A stretch of 64,000 bases of DNA from Acidobacteriota bacterium. GTDB lineage: Bacteria > Acidobacteriota > UBA6911 > RPQK01 > JAJDTT01. The notes under the pieces were generated by a model. The model saw nothing but the letters and a program-made list of their open reading frames with translations. It was not told the DNA's origin and made no database searches. The position numbers and the translations under genes are program-made. Where the stretch lies: positions 5,408,001 to 5,472,000 of the forward strand of contig CBDCJH010000002.1 of assembly GCA_965217775.1 (NCBI GenBank). The letters run 5' to 3'. The stretch's first letter is position 1. Each line of letters starts with the position of its first letter. This document shows positions 9,402 to 18,301 of the stretch, in pieces.

Positions 9402-10184
9402 CTACAGAACCTTTGCCTCTCGTCTGAGCCTGTCCACCAGCGTCGAGGCGATTTCATCCGGTGTGCCCTCGATCATCTCCGCCTTGCTGGTCTGTTCCGG
9501 GAAATAGAGGCGTTCGATCTCCAGGTGAGGCATGGAAGAGAGGTCCAACTCCAGATCGCCCAACTCGATCTTCCGGATCTCCTTGCGCCTGGCCTGCATG
9601 ATCCCCCGCAAGGTCGCATAGCGGATCTGAGAGATTCCGGCCTGGATGGTCAAGACGGCAGGGAGTGGAATCTCGACCCACTCGAACCAGCCGCTTTCCA
9701 TTTCCCGCAGGGCCCTGACGCTTCCTCGATCCGTTCGGACCTGGATCTGCATGACGATGGTGGCATGGGGAAGGCCCAGGAGGTGGGCCAGCATGGGCCC
9801 CGTCTGCGCGTAGCCGTAGTCGTCGGATTGAGTCCCGGTCAGGATCAGGTCGTATTCCTGGTCCTGCAGAACCTTCTCCAGGGCCGCGGCGACCCGGTAG
9901 GGACTCGAAAGCTCACGCTCCCGGTCCAGGATCAAGACGCCTCGATCCGCACCCATGGCCAGACCCTTGCGCATCGATTTCTCCGCTTCGGCCCGGCCGG
10001 CCGTAAGGAGGATCACCTCTCCCTGATGCTGTTCCTTGAGTTTCAGAGCCTCCTCGAGGGCGTACTCGTCGCATTCGCTGATCTCGTGGGTGACTTCCGC
10101 ATTCCCGATCCAGGAAGAATCGGGCGTCAGCTCATAGCGGGTGTCTCGACTCGGGGTTTCCTTGAGGCAAGTGACGACTTTCAT
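9402..10184 (-). CDS. etfB: electron transfer flavoprotein beta subunit
   Basis: MKVVTCLKE start (ATGA overlap with upstream gene), DEYALEEAL, LAMGAD, GTQSDD, RYATLRGIM. Confidence 0.95.
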   Translation of the reverse strand: MKVVTCLKETPSRDTRYELTPDSSWIGNAEVTHEISECDEYALEEALKLKEQHQGEVILLTAGRAEAEKSMRKGLAMGADRGVLILDRERELSSPYRVAAALEKVLQDQEYDLILTGTQSDDYGYAQTGPMLAHLLGLPHATIVMQIQVRTDRGSVRALREMESGWFEWVEIPLPAVLTIQAGISQIRYATLRGIMQARRKEIRKIELGDLELDLSSMPHLEIERLYFPEQTSKAEMIEGTPDEIASTLVDRLRREAKVL

Positions 10185-10618
10185 TTCCGGAACAGTCTTT
10201 CGAACATCTCCCGGGGCTCCAACGGCCGCTCCCGGACTGAAGTGGTCGCTTTCTCCACAGCCGTTCGAATCTCGAAGAACCGGCAATCGTTACGGTCGTT
10301 CTTGTTGGCAACTCTCTGAGGGATCGGCTCCGAGCACTCGAAACGGGCGCCGGGATCGAAATAGACACAGTTCTTGCACGTGTGCAGGTCGGTGGCGCAC
10401 TTGGGACACTGGCTGGTGGCGCCCACCTCCGAGGACGAGGGGGGAAGGGTCCCTCCACACATGGAACATCGAATCACTTGATGAAACTTGGTCATGCGGG
10501 GAGAGCGGGGTCCTCCCCGGGAGGGGCGTGGTCCCGAGGGGCGTGGTCCCGACGGCCTCCGTGTTCTCTGGCGCCGTTCCCGATTGTCGTCGTAGCCGTG
10601 CTGGCGGTATTTCCTCAT
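10181..10618 (-). CDS. conserved hypothetical Cys-rich zinc-binding protein with basic disordered N-terminus
   Basis: CSMC, CPKC, HTCKNC, further Cys; stop overlaps etfB start; 15-bp tandem repeat at 10521-10550. Confidence 0.75.
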   Translation of the reverse strand: MRKYRQHGYDDNRERRQRTRRPSGPRPSGPRPSRGGPRSPRMTKFHQVIRCSMCGGTLPPSSSEVGATSQCPKCATDLHTCKNCVYFDPGARFECSEPIPQRVANKNDRNDCRFFEIRTAVEKATTSVRERPLEPREMFERLFRK

Positions 10619-10853
10619 CGTTGCACTCCTGCCGAAAATTCGGGCCGGTAACGGAGAATCAAGCGATCCGTGAAATCGATCTAGTTGAGTTGCAAGCAGC
10701 CGGCGGTTACATTGGCCCCGTCCGGAGCATCCTGACTCGGTTCAACTCGTCGGGCCGCCGAGAAATGAAATCGGGCCGGGAGCCCGGAAGCCGACGGGAA
10801 CGAGGTCAGTGAGTTTTTGAAACACCTTGAAAAAACCGGTGTCCGCCATCCCC

Positions 10854-11108
10854 ATGGACCCTGTGCAAATCAGATTCTACACGCGTAAGGGATGTCACCT
10901 TTGCAAGAAGGCGCTGACAGTATTGCAGGAACTTCAGAATGAGTTCAAGTTCCGCGTGACGCTCGTCGACATCGACGGTTCCCCGCATCTCCTTGCGGCG
11001 TACGGCCAGGACATTCCGGTCGGTGAGATGGAGGGACGGGAAATTTTCAGGCATCGGATCGACAAGCACGCCATGAGGAAAATCCTGCGGCGGAGACGCA
11101 AGAGCTGA
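10854..11108 (+). CDS. glutaredoxin-like protein (DUF836)
   Basis: FYTRKGCHLC, VDID, YGQDIPV. Confidence 0.85.
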   Translation: MDPVQIRFYTRKGCHLCKKALTVLQELQNEFKFRVTLVDIDGSPHLLAAYGQDIPVGEMEGREIFRHRIDKHAMRKILRRRRKS

Positions 11109-11142
11109 TGACGGACCCGATGCAGTCGAGCACCCCATCGTC

Positions 11143-11688
11143 ATGAAGATCTATACGGGCGGAGGGGACGGCGGACAGACGTCCCTGTTCAGTGGTGAAC
11201 GCGTTGGCAAAGATGCTCGACGGGTGGAGGCGTACGGAACCCTGGATGAGCTCAACTCCTTGTTGGGTTGGGCTCGGACGCAGACACGGTGCCCCGAAAT
11301 CTCGGAGATCCTGACGGCCTTGCAGTCGGAACTCTTCGAGGCTGGAGCGGACCTGGCGACGGTGGGGGACCGCCGCCGGGTTCGCCGTCTGGGCGAGGAC
11401 GCCTGGCGAAGGCTGGAGTCTCTGATCGACGAACTGGACGGCAAGCTGCCGCCGCTGAGGAACTTCGTTCTTCCCGGCGGTTCCGCCGCAGCCTCGGTCG
11501 TCCATATGGCGCGATCGGTCTGCCGAAGGGGAGAGCGTCTGCTGGTTCGCCTGATGCGGACTGAACCGGATCTCAACGAACATCTCCTGGTATACCTGAA
11601 CCGGTTGTCGGATCTGCTCTTCGTGCTGGCGCGCTACGAGAACTTCCGGGCCGGGGTGGAAGAGACTCCTTGGAGACCGCGAAATTGA
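11143..11688 (+). CDS. ATP:cob(I)alamin adenosyltransferase (PduO type)
   Basis: KIYTGGGDGGQTSL, EAYGTLDELNS, FVLPGG, YLNRLSDLLFVLAR. Confidence 0.95.
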   Translation: MKIYTGGGDGGQTSLFSGERVGKDARRVEAYGTLDELNSLLGWARTQTRCPEISEILTALQSELFEAGADLATVGDRRRVRRLGEDAWRRLESLIDELDGKLPPLRNFVLPGGSAAASVVHMARSVCRRGERLLVRLMRTEPDLNEHLLVYLNRLSDLLFVLARYENFRAGVEETPWRPRN

Positions 11689-12446
11689 GAAAATGGGATT
11701 CAGAATGCCCCGATTGCCGGGGTTCGGGCTGGTCCCTGGTGGTGGGAGACGGGACCGAGGTCGTGGTTTCCTGTCCTCGCTGCGGAGCCGAGGATCGCGT
11801 GGATCAGTTGCTGCGGCGGGCAAGGATCCCCGACCGCTATATATCCAAGGATTTTCGCGCCTACGATCCCGATCCCAAATATCCCTCGCAGTTGGAGGCG
11901 GTCACGAGTTCCATCCAGTTCGTGGAAGGCTTTCCGGAGGTTCACCGCGGTCTCCTCTTCAGCGGGCCTTGCGGCGTCGGCAAGACGCATTTGGCCGTCG
12001 CCGTCCTCAAGAGCCTGGTCCTGGAGAAGCAGGTCAGCGTCCGTTTCGTGGACGAAACCGAACTCCTCCGCAGACTCCAGTACTCTTTCGGGCCGGACTC
12101 CCCCGAAACCGAGAGGGAATTGCTGCGGCCTCTCTATTCCGTGGAGCTTCTGGTCTGGGACGATCTGGGTGCCGGACGTCCGACGGCGTGGGTTGCGGAG
12201 ACCATCCGGACCATTCTGAACTTTCGTTACACCCGCCAGAAACAGATCGTGCTCACCACGAACTTGCCCCTGAAGCCTGCCGGGAGCGGTTACCCCGAGA
12301 ATCTGGGAAGGGAACAGAATCTGGCCGAGAGGATCGGTGCCCCGCTCTACTCCCGGATCATGGAGATGTGCCAAGTCGTCGAAATGGACGGTCGTGACTT
12401 TCGGAGGCAAGTTTACAAGGCGAGCCTGGACGCCCAGCAGGTGTAG
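11670..12446 (+). CDS. DnaC/IstB-like AAA+ ATPase with N-terminal zinc finger
   Basis: CPDCRGSGW...CPRC, ARIPDRY, GPCGVGKT Walker A, LLVWDDLG Walker B, TTN, SRIMEMC. Confidence 0.88.
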   Translation: METAKLRKWDSECPDCRGSGWSLVVGDGTEVVVSCPRCGAEDRVDQLLRRARIPDRYISKDFRAYDPDPKYPSQLEAVTSSIQFVEGFPEVHRGLLFSGPCGVGKTHLAVAVLKSLVLEKQVSVRFVDETELLRRLQYSFGPDSPETERELLRPLYSVELLVWDDLGAGRPTAWVAETIRTILNFRYTRQKQIVLTTNLPLKPAGSGYPENLGREQNLAERIGAPLYSRIMEMCQVVEMDGRDFRRQVYKASLDAQQV

Positions 12447-12535
12447 CAAGCTGGAAGCGAGTCTTCACGGAAGTTCCTATCCGATACTGCGGCAATATTC
12501 ATCGCAGATTCACCTCAGACTGCTAAAATCGCGCC

Positions 12536-13822
12536 ATGGCAAGACTACTCCCCTTTCGAGGCTACCGTTACGATTCCCGGCTGGTCCCGCGGGTGGACGA
12601 CGTCGTGACCCAACCCTACGACAAGATTTCTCCGGACATGCTTCGGCGATATCTGCGGAAGGACCCCCGGAACATCGCCCGGGTCATCAAGAATAAGGAC
12701 TACGCCGACGCAGCGCGGCATCTCTCCGACTGGATCGAGTCGGGGGTCCTGCGGCGTGACGGGGTCCCGTCGTTCTACCCCTATCGGCAGGTCTTCGAGA
12801 TCCAGGGACAATCCCACGCTCGACTGGGTTTCATCGGCCTGATCTCACTGGACGAGGCGGACTTGGCCGTTCGGGGCCACGAAAGGGTGCTGCGCGGACC
12901 ACTCCAGGACCGTCTCAACCTGATTCGCCACACCGAGTCCAACGAGGGGCTCATTTTCATGCTCTATTCGGATCCTGGATTTTCCGTGGACCGGTTGCTC
13001 GCCCGATTCACCGAGTCCACCGAACCTGTGATCCAGGTCCAGGATGAGTACGGCGTGCGCCACCAGTTGTGGCAGCTCACGCACTCGAACCTCCAGTCGG
13101 ATGTCACCGCCGCGCTCCTGAGTCATCGCCTCTACATCGCCGACGGTCATCACCGTTTCCAGACCTCGGTCGAGTACCGCAACGAGTGTCTCGCCCAAGG
13201 CTGGCGAACCTCGGGTCCGGAGAGCTTCGACAAGCGAATGATCGGGCTCTTCAACATGGAGAGTCCCGGACTCAAGGTCCTGGCGACGCATCGCGGAATC
13301 AAGAATGCGGACGAATCCCGGATCGGGCGCCTCCGGGCCGGCCTGGAGCCATTTTTCCAAGTGGACCGCGTTGCCGGCGCAGACGATCTGATTTCGCTGC
13401 TGGCGAAGGAAGGACACCGATCGGGTCTTGTCTTGGGTGATTCGGGCCATGCGTTTCTGCTCCGGCTTCGTGACCAGGCCCATTCCGATCCTGGTTTCAT
13501 GCCGGCCATTCAGGGACCGGCTCGTTCATTGGACGTGAACATTCTGCACGAAGGCATTCTCAACCCGCTTCTCGGGATCGGCGCCGAGGAACTCTCCAGC
13601 CAGAACTTCGTCGAATATTTCCGGGATCCTGCGGAACTGATCGCAAAGGTCCGAAAGGGCGAGCTTCAGGCCGGGTTTCTGTTGAATGCAACTCGCTTGG
13701 GACAGGTCAGGGAAATTTCCGATCTGGGCCAGAAAATGCCTCAGAAGTCCACCGATTTCTATCCCAAGCTCCTGACCGGACTGGTTCTGATGAAGATGGA
13801 GATGGCGAGAGGTCCGGAGTAG
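12536..13822 (+). CDS. DUF1015 family protein
   Basis: PFRGYRY, QPYDKIS, YIADGHHR, MPQKSTDFYPKLLTGL. Confidence 0.92.
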   Translation: MARLLPFRGYRYDSRLVPRVDDVVTQPYDKISPDMLRRYLRKDPRNIARVIKNKDYADAARHLSDWIESGVLRRDGVPSFYPYRQVFEIQGQSHARLGFIGLISLDEADLAVRGHERVLRGPLQDRLNLIRHTESNEGLIFMLYSDPGFSVDRLLARFTESTEPVIQVQDEYGVRHQLWQLTHSNLQSDVTAALLSHRLYIADGHHRFQTSVEYRNECLAQGWRTSGPESFDKRMIGLFNMESPGLKVLATHRGIKNADESRIGRLRAGLEPFFQVDRVAGADDLISLLAKEGHRSGLVLGDSGHAFLLRLRDQAHSDPGFMPAIQGPARSLDVNILHEGILNPLLGIGAEELSSQNFVEYFRDPAELIAKVRKGELQAGFLLNATRLGQVREISDLGQKMPQKSTDFYPKLLTGLVLMKMEMARGPE

Positions 13823-13898
13823 CTCGGCTCCGGTTCCGCGATGGGCCGGAAGCGCATTCCGGCACGGCCTCCAGTCCGCATTTCCCGCCGGGGACCCC

Positions 13899-14660
13899 AT
13901 GATTGAATCCGAATTGGCCCGGCGCCTCTCCGTCGTCCTGGTCGGGACCCGAAACCCCGGCAACATCGGTTCGGCGGCGCGCGCCCTGGTCAACATGGGC
14001 CTCCGTTGTCTCAAGCTGGTCGGTCCGGTGGCGGAGTGGAGGGAGGAGGCCGTGAGGTTGGCCTCGGGAGCCCTGGATCGGATGGACCCGATCCAGGTCC
14101 ATACCTCATTCGATGAGTCGGTGGCGGGAGCGCAAATTCTGGTGGGCACCACCTCCGGCCGGGAGAGACGAACCCATCATCCGGTGTACACACCGCGCCA
14201 GATCGCCCCGCTTCTGAAGCGGCATGCCCGAATCCACGAAGTGGCGCTGCTCTTCGGTCCCGAGAACCGGGGACTCACCGACCGTCAGCTTTCCCGCTGC
14301 CGGTACCTGGTGACGGTGCCTTCGAACGACGCCTTTCCGGTGTTGAATCTGGCTCAGACCGTCATGGTCCTCGCGTACGAGATCAACACCTGTGAGGAAG
14401 CAGATCGTGAAGTCCTCCCCGAACTCGTCACACACGGCCAACGGGAACGGCTGTTCCGGCACCTGGAGCGCGTTCTGATCCGGATCGGGTTTCTGAGTTC
14501 GTCGAATCCGGACCACATCATGAAGGACATTCGCCGGTTCCTGGGGCGCGCGGACCTGTCCGAACGGGACGTCCGAATCCTGAGAGGCATCTTCAGTCAA
14601 GTAGAATGGTACGCGCGGCACGGGGACCGGCTTCGACCCGATCAAGTGCGCAAACCGTGA
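13899..14660 (+). CDS. trmJ: tRNA/rRNA SPOUT methyltransferase, TrmJ/LasT family
   Basis: NPGNIGSAARALVNMG, LFGPENRGLT, LNLAQTV. Confidence 0.9.
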   Translation: MIESELARRLSVVLVGTRNPGNIGSAARALVNMGLRCLKLVGPVAEWREEAVRLASGALDRMDPIQVHTSFDESVAGAQILVGTTSGRERRTHHPVYTPRQIAPLLKRHARIHEVALLFGPENRGLTDRQLSRCRYLVTVPSNDAFPVLNLAQTVMVLAYEINTCEEADREVLPELVTHGQRERLFRHLERVLIRIGFLSSSNPDHIMKDIRRFLGRADLSERDVRILRGIFSQVEWYARHGDRLRPDQVRKP

Positions 14661-14714
14661 CGGACTGCTATGAGAGAGGGGGACCAAAGTCGGACGGCGT
14701 AACTCCAGCCGCCG

Positions 14715-15017
14715 CTAACGTGCCAGCTTGCTCTTGAATCTCCGGACCCGCCGCAGCAACTCGTGAAACGCATGGGTGATGCTGGTGGAAGGGTTGGTCG
14801 CCGTTTTACGGACCCGAATGGCCGTCTGCGGAACCACCAATACCAACACCGTTTCGCACTGCCGGCCCCGCGGCAGCATCTCGACTACGACGTGCAGGTC
14901 CAGATCGTGAGGCTTGAAGCTGGGCAGAAGTCTGCGGACCTTGGCGCTCTGTCTGCCGATCAGGCGCTGCAAGCCGGGGTCCAGCCGCAGATGCCGACCC
15001 TGAACCATGATCTTCAT
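14715..15017 (-). CDS. HPF/RaiA-like ribosome-associated protein (short form)
   Basis: MKIMVQGRHLRL start, beta-alpha pattern, ends AFHELLRRVRRFKSKL; 100 aa. Confidence 0.7.
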   Translation of the reverse strand: MKIMVQGRHLRLDPGLQRLIGRQSAKVRRLLPSFKPHDLDLHVVVEMLPRGRQCETVLVLVVPQTAIRVRKTATNPSTSITHAFHELLRRVRRFKSKLAR

Positions 15018-15068
15018 AAGTCCTTTACAAAGTATAGTCTCGACGTCCGACCAGCATCAACTGACCAG

Positions 15069-15094
15069 GAGGGGGGACATTCCTGTCCCCCCTC
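15069..15094. repeat. perfect intergenic hairpin (REP-like)
   Basis: GAGGGGGGACA-TTCC-TGTCCCCCCTC. Confidence 0.6.
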
Positions 15095-15202
15095 TTCATC
15101 GCCGACCCGGAACCGCCGGCGCGAATTCTATGCTCCCAAATGCCCTTTTTCTGCCAGGATTGCGGCCGGCCCACGGTCGGTGCGGGACTTCCGAGAGCCG
15201 TC

Positions 15203-15366
15203 TACCAGCCCGTGGCAAAAGTCATCACGGCATTCGACCGTCCCTGCATCCCGGCGGACGGCGTTGCTATCGGCTCACATACTCCCGGTATGCACCCGAA
15301 TCGCGCCTTGTCCGGCGGGCGCAGGAACGGTCTCGGTGCTCGCGGGACTTTCACCACGGACTGCTA
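15203..15366 (+). mobile_element. 160-bp MITE with imperfect terminal inverted repeats, flanked by TA (copy 1)
   Basis: TA-CCAGCCCGTGGCAAAAGTC...GACTTTCACCACGGACTGC-TA; near-identical inverted copy at 52974-53137. Confidence 0.88.
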
Positions 15367-15462
15367 CAGAGTTGTGACGGACGGCCCGGAGCTCCCGTGG
15401 CGACTCCTGACGCGGGCTGATAGACTCCGCTGTCCTGACCGCAACATCGATGGAGTGATGAA

Positions 15463-18276
15463 ATGAACAAGACGCTGACGGCAGTGGTGATCCTGGCGGC
15501 TCTGGCCGGACCGGCTTGGGGCCGAGACGACTACGAGAGTTGGATCACCCACACCAGTTTCGAGGACTTCGCCTCGGGCCGGATCGCCGACGGCGGGACC
15601 AATCTCTACATCGCCCGTTCGGGACAATTGGAGATGACCTACCGTTGGGACCTGAACAACGACGGCTACCTGGATCTCTTGGTGATCCAGGACCACAACC
15701 CCTTGGAAAACACCGACGTCCTGGTCTATTGGGGCAAGAAGGGGGGACCGGAATCGATACTGCCCCCGTTGCCCGATCATCAGCCGCTGGCCCGGCTGTT
15801 GAGGCAGATCCGGATTCGCGACCAGGGGGTCACCCGTTTGCCCAGTGACGGAGGCGGCCGTTCCCTGGTGGCGGACCTGAATCACGACGGCTATCCGGAG
15901 CTGGTCTTCTGCAACTTCATTCACAACTATTCGGTTCACATGATGGCTCTCGTCTATTGGGGCAGCCCGAACGGCTACCAACGGGGCCATCGCACCGAGC
16001 TTCCCACGCTTCTGGCCGGGGGATTGGCGGCGGCGGACTTCAACGGCGACGGCTGGGTCGATCTCGCCTTCTCCAACCGGGGCATCGAAGGAGGTGAGCG
16101 TTTCGGGTTCGACCTCCACTTGGAGTCCTACGTCTACTGGAACGGTCCCCGGGGTTTTCGGGAGGAGGATCGCACGGTGTTGGCGACCACCAGTGCGGCC
16201 GACGTGGCGGCGGCGGACGTGAACCGGGACGGCTTCGGCGATCTCCTCTTCGCCAACAACAATTCGGAACACCAGAGCCTTGTCCTGTACCGGGGCGGGC
16301 CGGAAGGCTTCCGGACACCCGGCGAAACGTGGAAGCAAGGAGACGCCGTCGGAGTGACTCTGGCAGAAGTTTCCGGGGACCGGAATCCGGACCTGATCCT
16401 GGCTCACAAGGACGACCGGGTGACGATTCACAAAGGAACCGGAAAGGGAATCTCCCGCGAGACCTGGGTCGAGATCCCGTCGCTGGGTGCGAAGGACAGC
16501 CGAGTCGGAGACCTGAACCGGGACGGGCGCCCCGACCTGATTCTGCCCAACGGCGGAGGTGAGGTGTCCTATATTTACTGGGGAGGCGAAGATGGTTACT
16601 TTCCCGGCAGACGCCAGGAACTTCCCACGCTGGCCGCCACCGACGCCGTACTGGCCGATTACAACGGGGACGGTTGGGTCGACCTCGCCTTTTCCAACAA
16701 CCATGACGGGGCGACCCGCGATGTAGTCTCCTACCTCTACTGGAACGGTCCCGATGGATTCCACGCCGCCTACCGCCGGGAGCTCCAGGGCTTCGGAGCC
16801 GTGAGCCTGGCCGCCGGCGACATGGACCAGGACGGACACCAGGACCTGGCCGTTATCAACCAGAACAGCGGGTCCCACGGAGCCATCGACTCGGTGGTCT
16901 ACTGGGGCAACCCCCGACACCACTACTCTCCCGCCTCCGCAAGCGTCATTCCCGCCAAGGGGGGGTTGGCGACGACGGCCGACCTGGACCAGGACGGCTG
17001 GGTGGATCTCATCTTTCCCGACGGCTCGATCTTCGGCGGCGGCTCCAGTGGCTTCCGGTTGCAGACGAAGCTGGAGATGGAGACGGCCAACGGAGTCACC
17101 GTCGGTGATCTGAACCGCGACGGCTACCTGGACCTGACCTATATCGTCGGTGGGGCGCATCGAGACCTGACTCCGACGGCTCGAATCCTCTGGGGCAGCG
17201 AGAAGGGCCACGATCCGTCGCGCCGGACCGAACTGAAGTTGGGAATCCGCATCGGGCAGGCGGGCCGGACCGCCGATTTCAACCAGGATGGAGCCCTGGA
17301 CCTCATCTTCACCGACGTGGACTCGGAACACGTCGATCTCTTCTGGGGGAGCCTCGAGTCCGGGTTCATCCAGGAGAATCATACGGTCTTGAAGATACAA
17401 CCCACGTCCAATCCCGAGATCGCCGATCTGAACGGCGACGGCTGGCTGGATCTGATCTTCGGAGGGGGTTGGGACCCCAAGCGGTTCGGACGCCCCACCC
17501 GGAAAGCCATTCTGGTTTGGGGGGCCCAGGACGGATTTCGCTCGGACCGCACCACCGAGATCGAGGCCTTCGACTCTCTGGAGCAGGCGGTCGCGGACCT
17601 GGACCGGGACGGACATCTGGACATCGTCATGACCAACTACCACGCCTACCACACCCGGACCCTGCCCGCCTTCATCTACTGGGGTGCGGAGGGGGGCTCC
17701 TACAGCGAGTCTCGCCGGACCAGCCTGCCGGCGGAATCCTCCAGCGCCTTGACCGTCGCCGACATGAATCAGGACTCGTGGCTGGATCTGGTGGTCTTCA
17801 ACCACCTGGAGAGAGGGGACCATTCGGTCGGCAGCAACATCTATTGGGGAGGAGCGGACGGTTACTCCTACACCCGGCGGCATTGGTTCCAGACCTTCGG
17901 GCCGCACTTCGGGCGGCTCCGGGACGTGGGGAGCATCTACGACCGGAAGCTGCGGGAGGAGTATGTCTCCGCGATCCTGGAAGTGCCCCCCGGCAAGAGC
18001 GCCGAGCGGCTCCGGTGGAAGGCTCTGACCCCCCATGGGACCGGCGTCCGGTTCCAGATTCGGAGCGCATCGTCCAGCGCGGCTCTGGAATCGAGTCCGT
18101 GGAGGGGACCGGAGGGACCGGGCAGCTTCTTCCGGGAATCGGGAACGGCTTTGCGGCTGCCCCCGGGAGAGGGATGGCTCCAGTATCGCGTGTTTTTGAC
18201 GACTCCCGACGGCGGCAGCACCCCGGTTCTTCAGGAGGTCGCCATCGACGCCAGGCGCCGGAGCGGGGTGGAATGA
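15463..18276 (+). CDS. secreted FG-GAP/VCBS repeat protein
   Basis: signal peptide; 14 D(L/F)NxDGxxD(L)-type repeats each followed by a YWG-like motif. Confidence 0.92.
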   Translation: MNKTLTAVVILAALAGPAWGRDDYESWITHTSFEDFASGRIADGGTNLYIARSGQLEMTYRWDLNNDGYLDLLVIQDHNPLENTDVLVYWGKKGGPESILPPLPDHQPLARLLRQIRIRDQGVTRLPSDGGGRSLVADLNHDGYPELVFCNFIHNYSVHMMALVYWGSPNGYQRGHRTELPTLLAGGLAAADFNGDGWVDLAFSNRGIEGGERFGFDLHLESYVYWNGPRGFREEDRTVLATTSAADVAAADVNRDGFGDLLFANNNSEHQSLVLYRGGPEGFRTPGETWKQGDAVGVTLAEVSGDRNPDLILAHKDDRVTIHKGTGKGISRETWVEIPSLGAKDSRVGDLNRDGRPDLILPNGGGEVSYIYWGGEDGYFPGRRQELPTLAATDAVLADYNGDGWVDLAFSNNHDGATRDVVSYLYWNGPDGFHAAYRRELQGFGAVSLAAGDMDQDGHQDLAVINQNSGSHGAIDSVVYWGNPRHHYSPASASVIPAKGGLATTADLDQDGWVDLIFPDGSIFGGGSSGFRLQTKLEMETANGVTVGDLNRDGYLDLTYIVGGAHRDLTPTARILWGSEKGHDPSRRTELKLGIRIGQAGRTADFNQDGALDLIFTDVDSEHVDLFWGSLESGFIQENHTVLKIQPTSNPEIADLNGDGWLDLIFGGGWDPKRFGRPTRKAILVWGAQDGFRSDRTTEIEAFDSLEQAVADLDRDGHLDIVMTNYHAYHTRTLPAFIYWGAEGGSYSESRRTSLPAESSSALTVADMNQDSWLDLVVFNHLERGDHSVGSNIYWGGADGYSYTRRHWFQTFGPHFGRLRDVGSIYDRKLREEYVSAILEVPPGKSAERLRWKALTPHGTGVRFQIRSASSSAALESSPWRGPEGPGSFFRESGTALRLPPGEGWLQYRVFLTTPDGGSTPVLQEVAIDARRRSGVE

Positions 18277-18301
18277 GGTTCCCGAAAACCGGCCGGCCGG
18301 T

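Noticed and set aside
10521-10550. 15-bp tandem repeat as a CRISPR or contingency locus
   Set aside because: Only two in-frame units inside a CDS, with no spacers or cas genes
11670-12446. IS21 element or prophage replication module
   Set aside because: No IstA, terminal repeats or phage genes nearby
15007-15466. Short ORFs similar to ORFs at 52843-53599
   Set aside because: Translations of the MITE, not genes
15364-18036. 890-aa minus-strand ORF, and similar long antisense ORFs such as 35478-37760, 1302-2972 and 23316-24938
   Set aside because: Shadow ORFs opposite well-supported genes; expected in GC-rich DNA and lacking motifs
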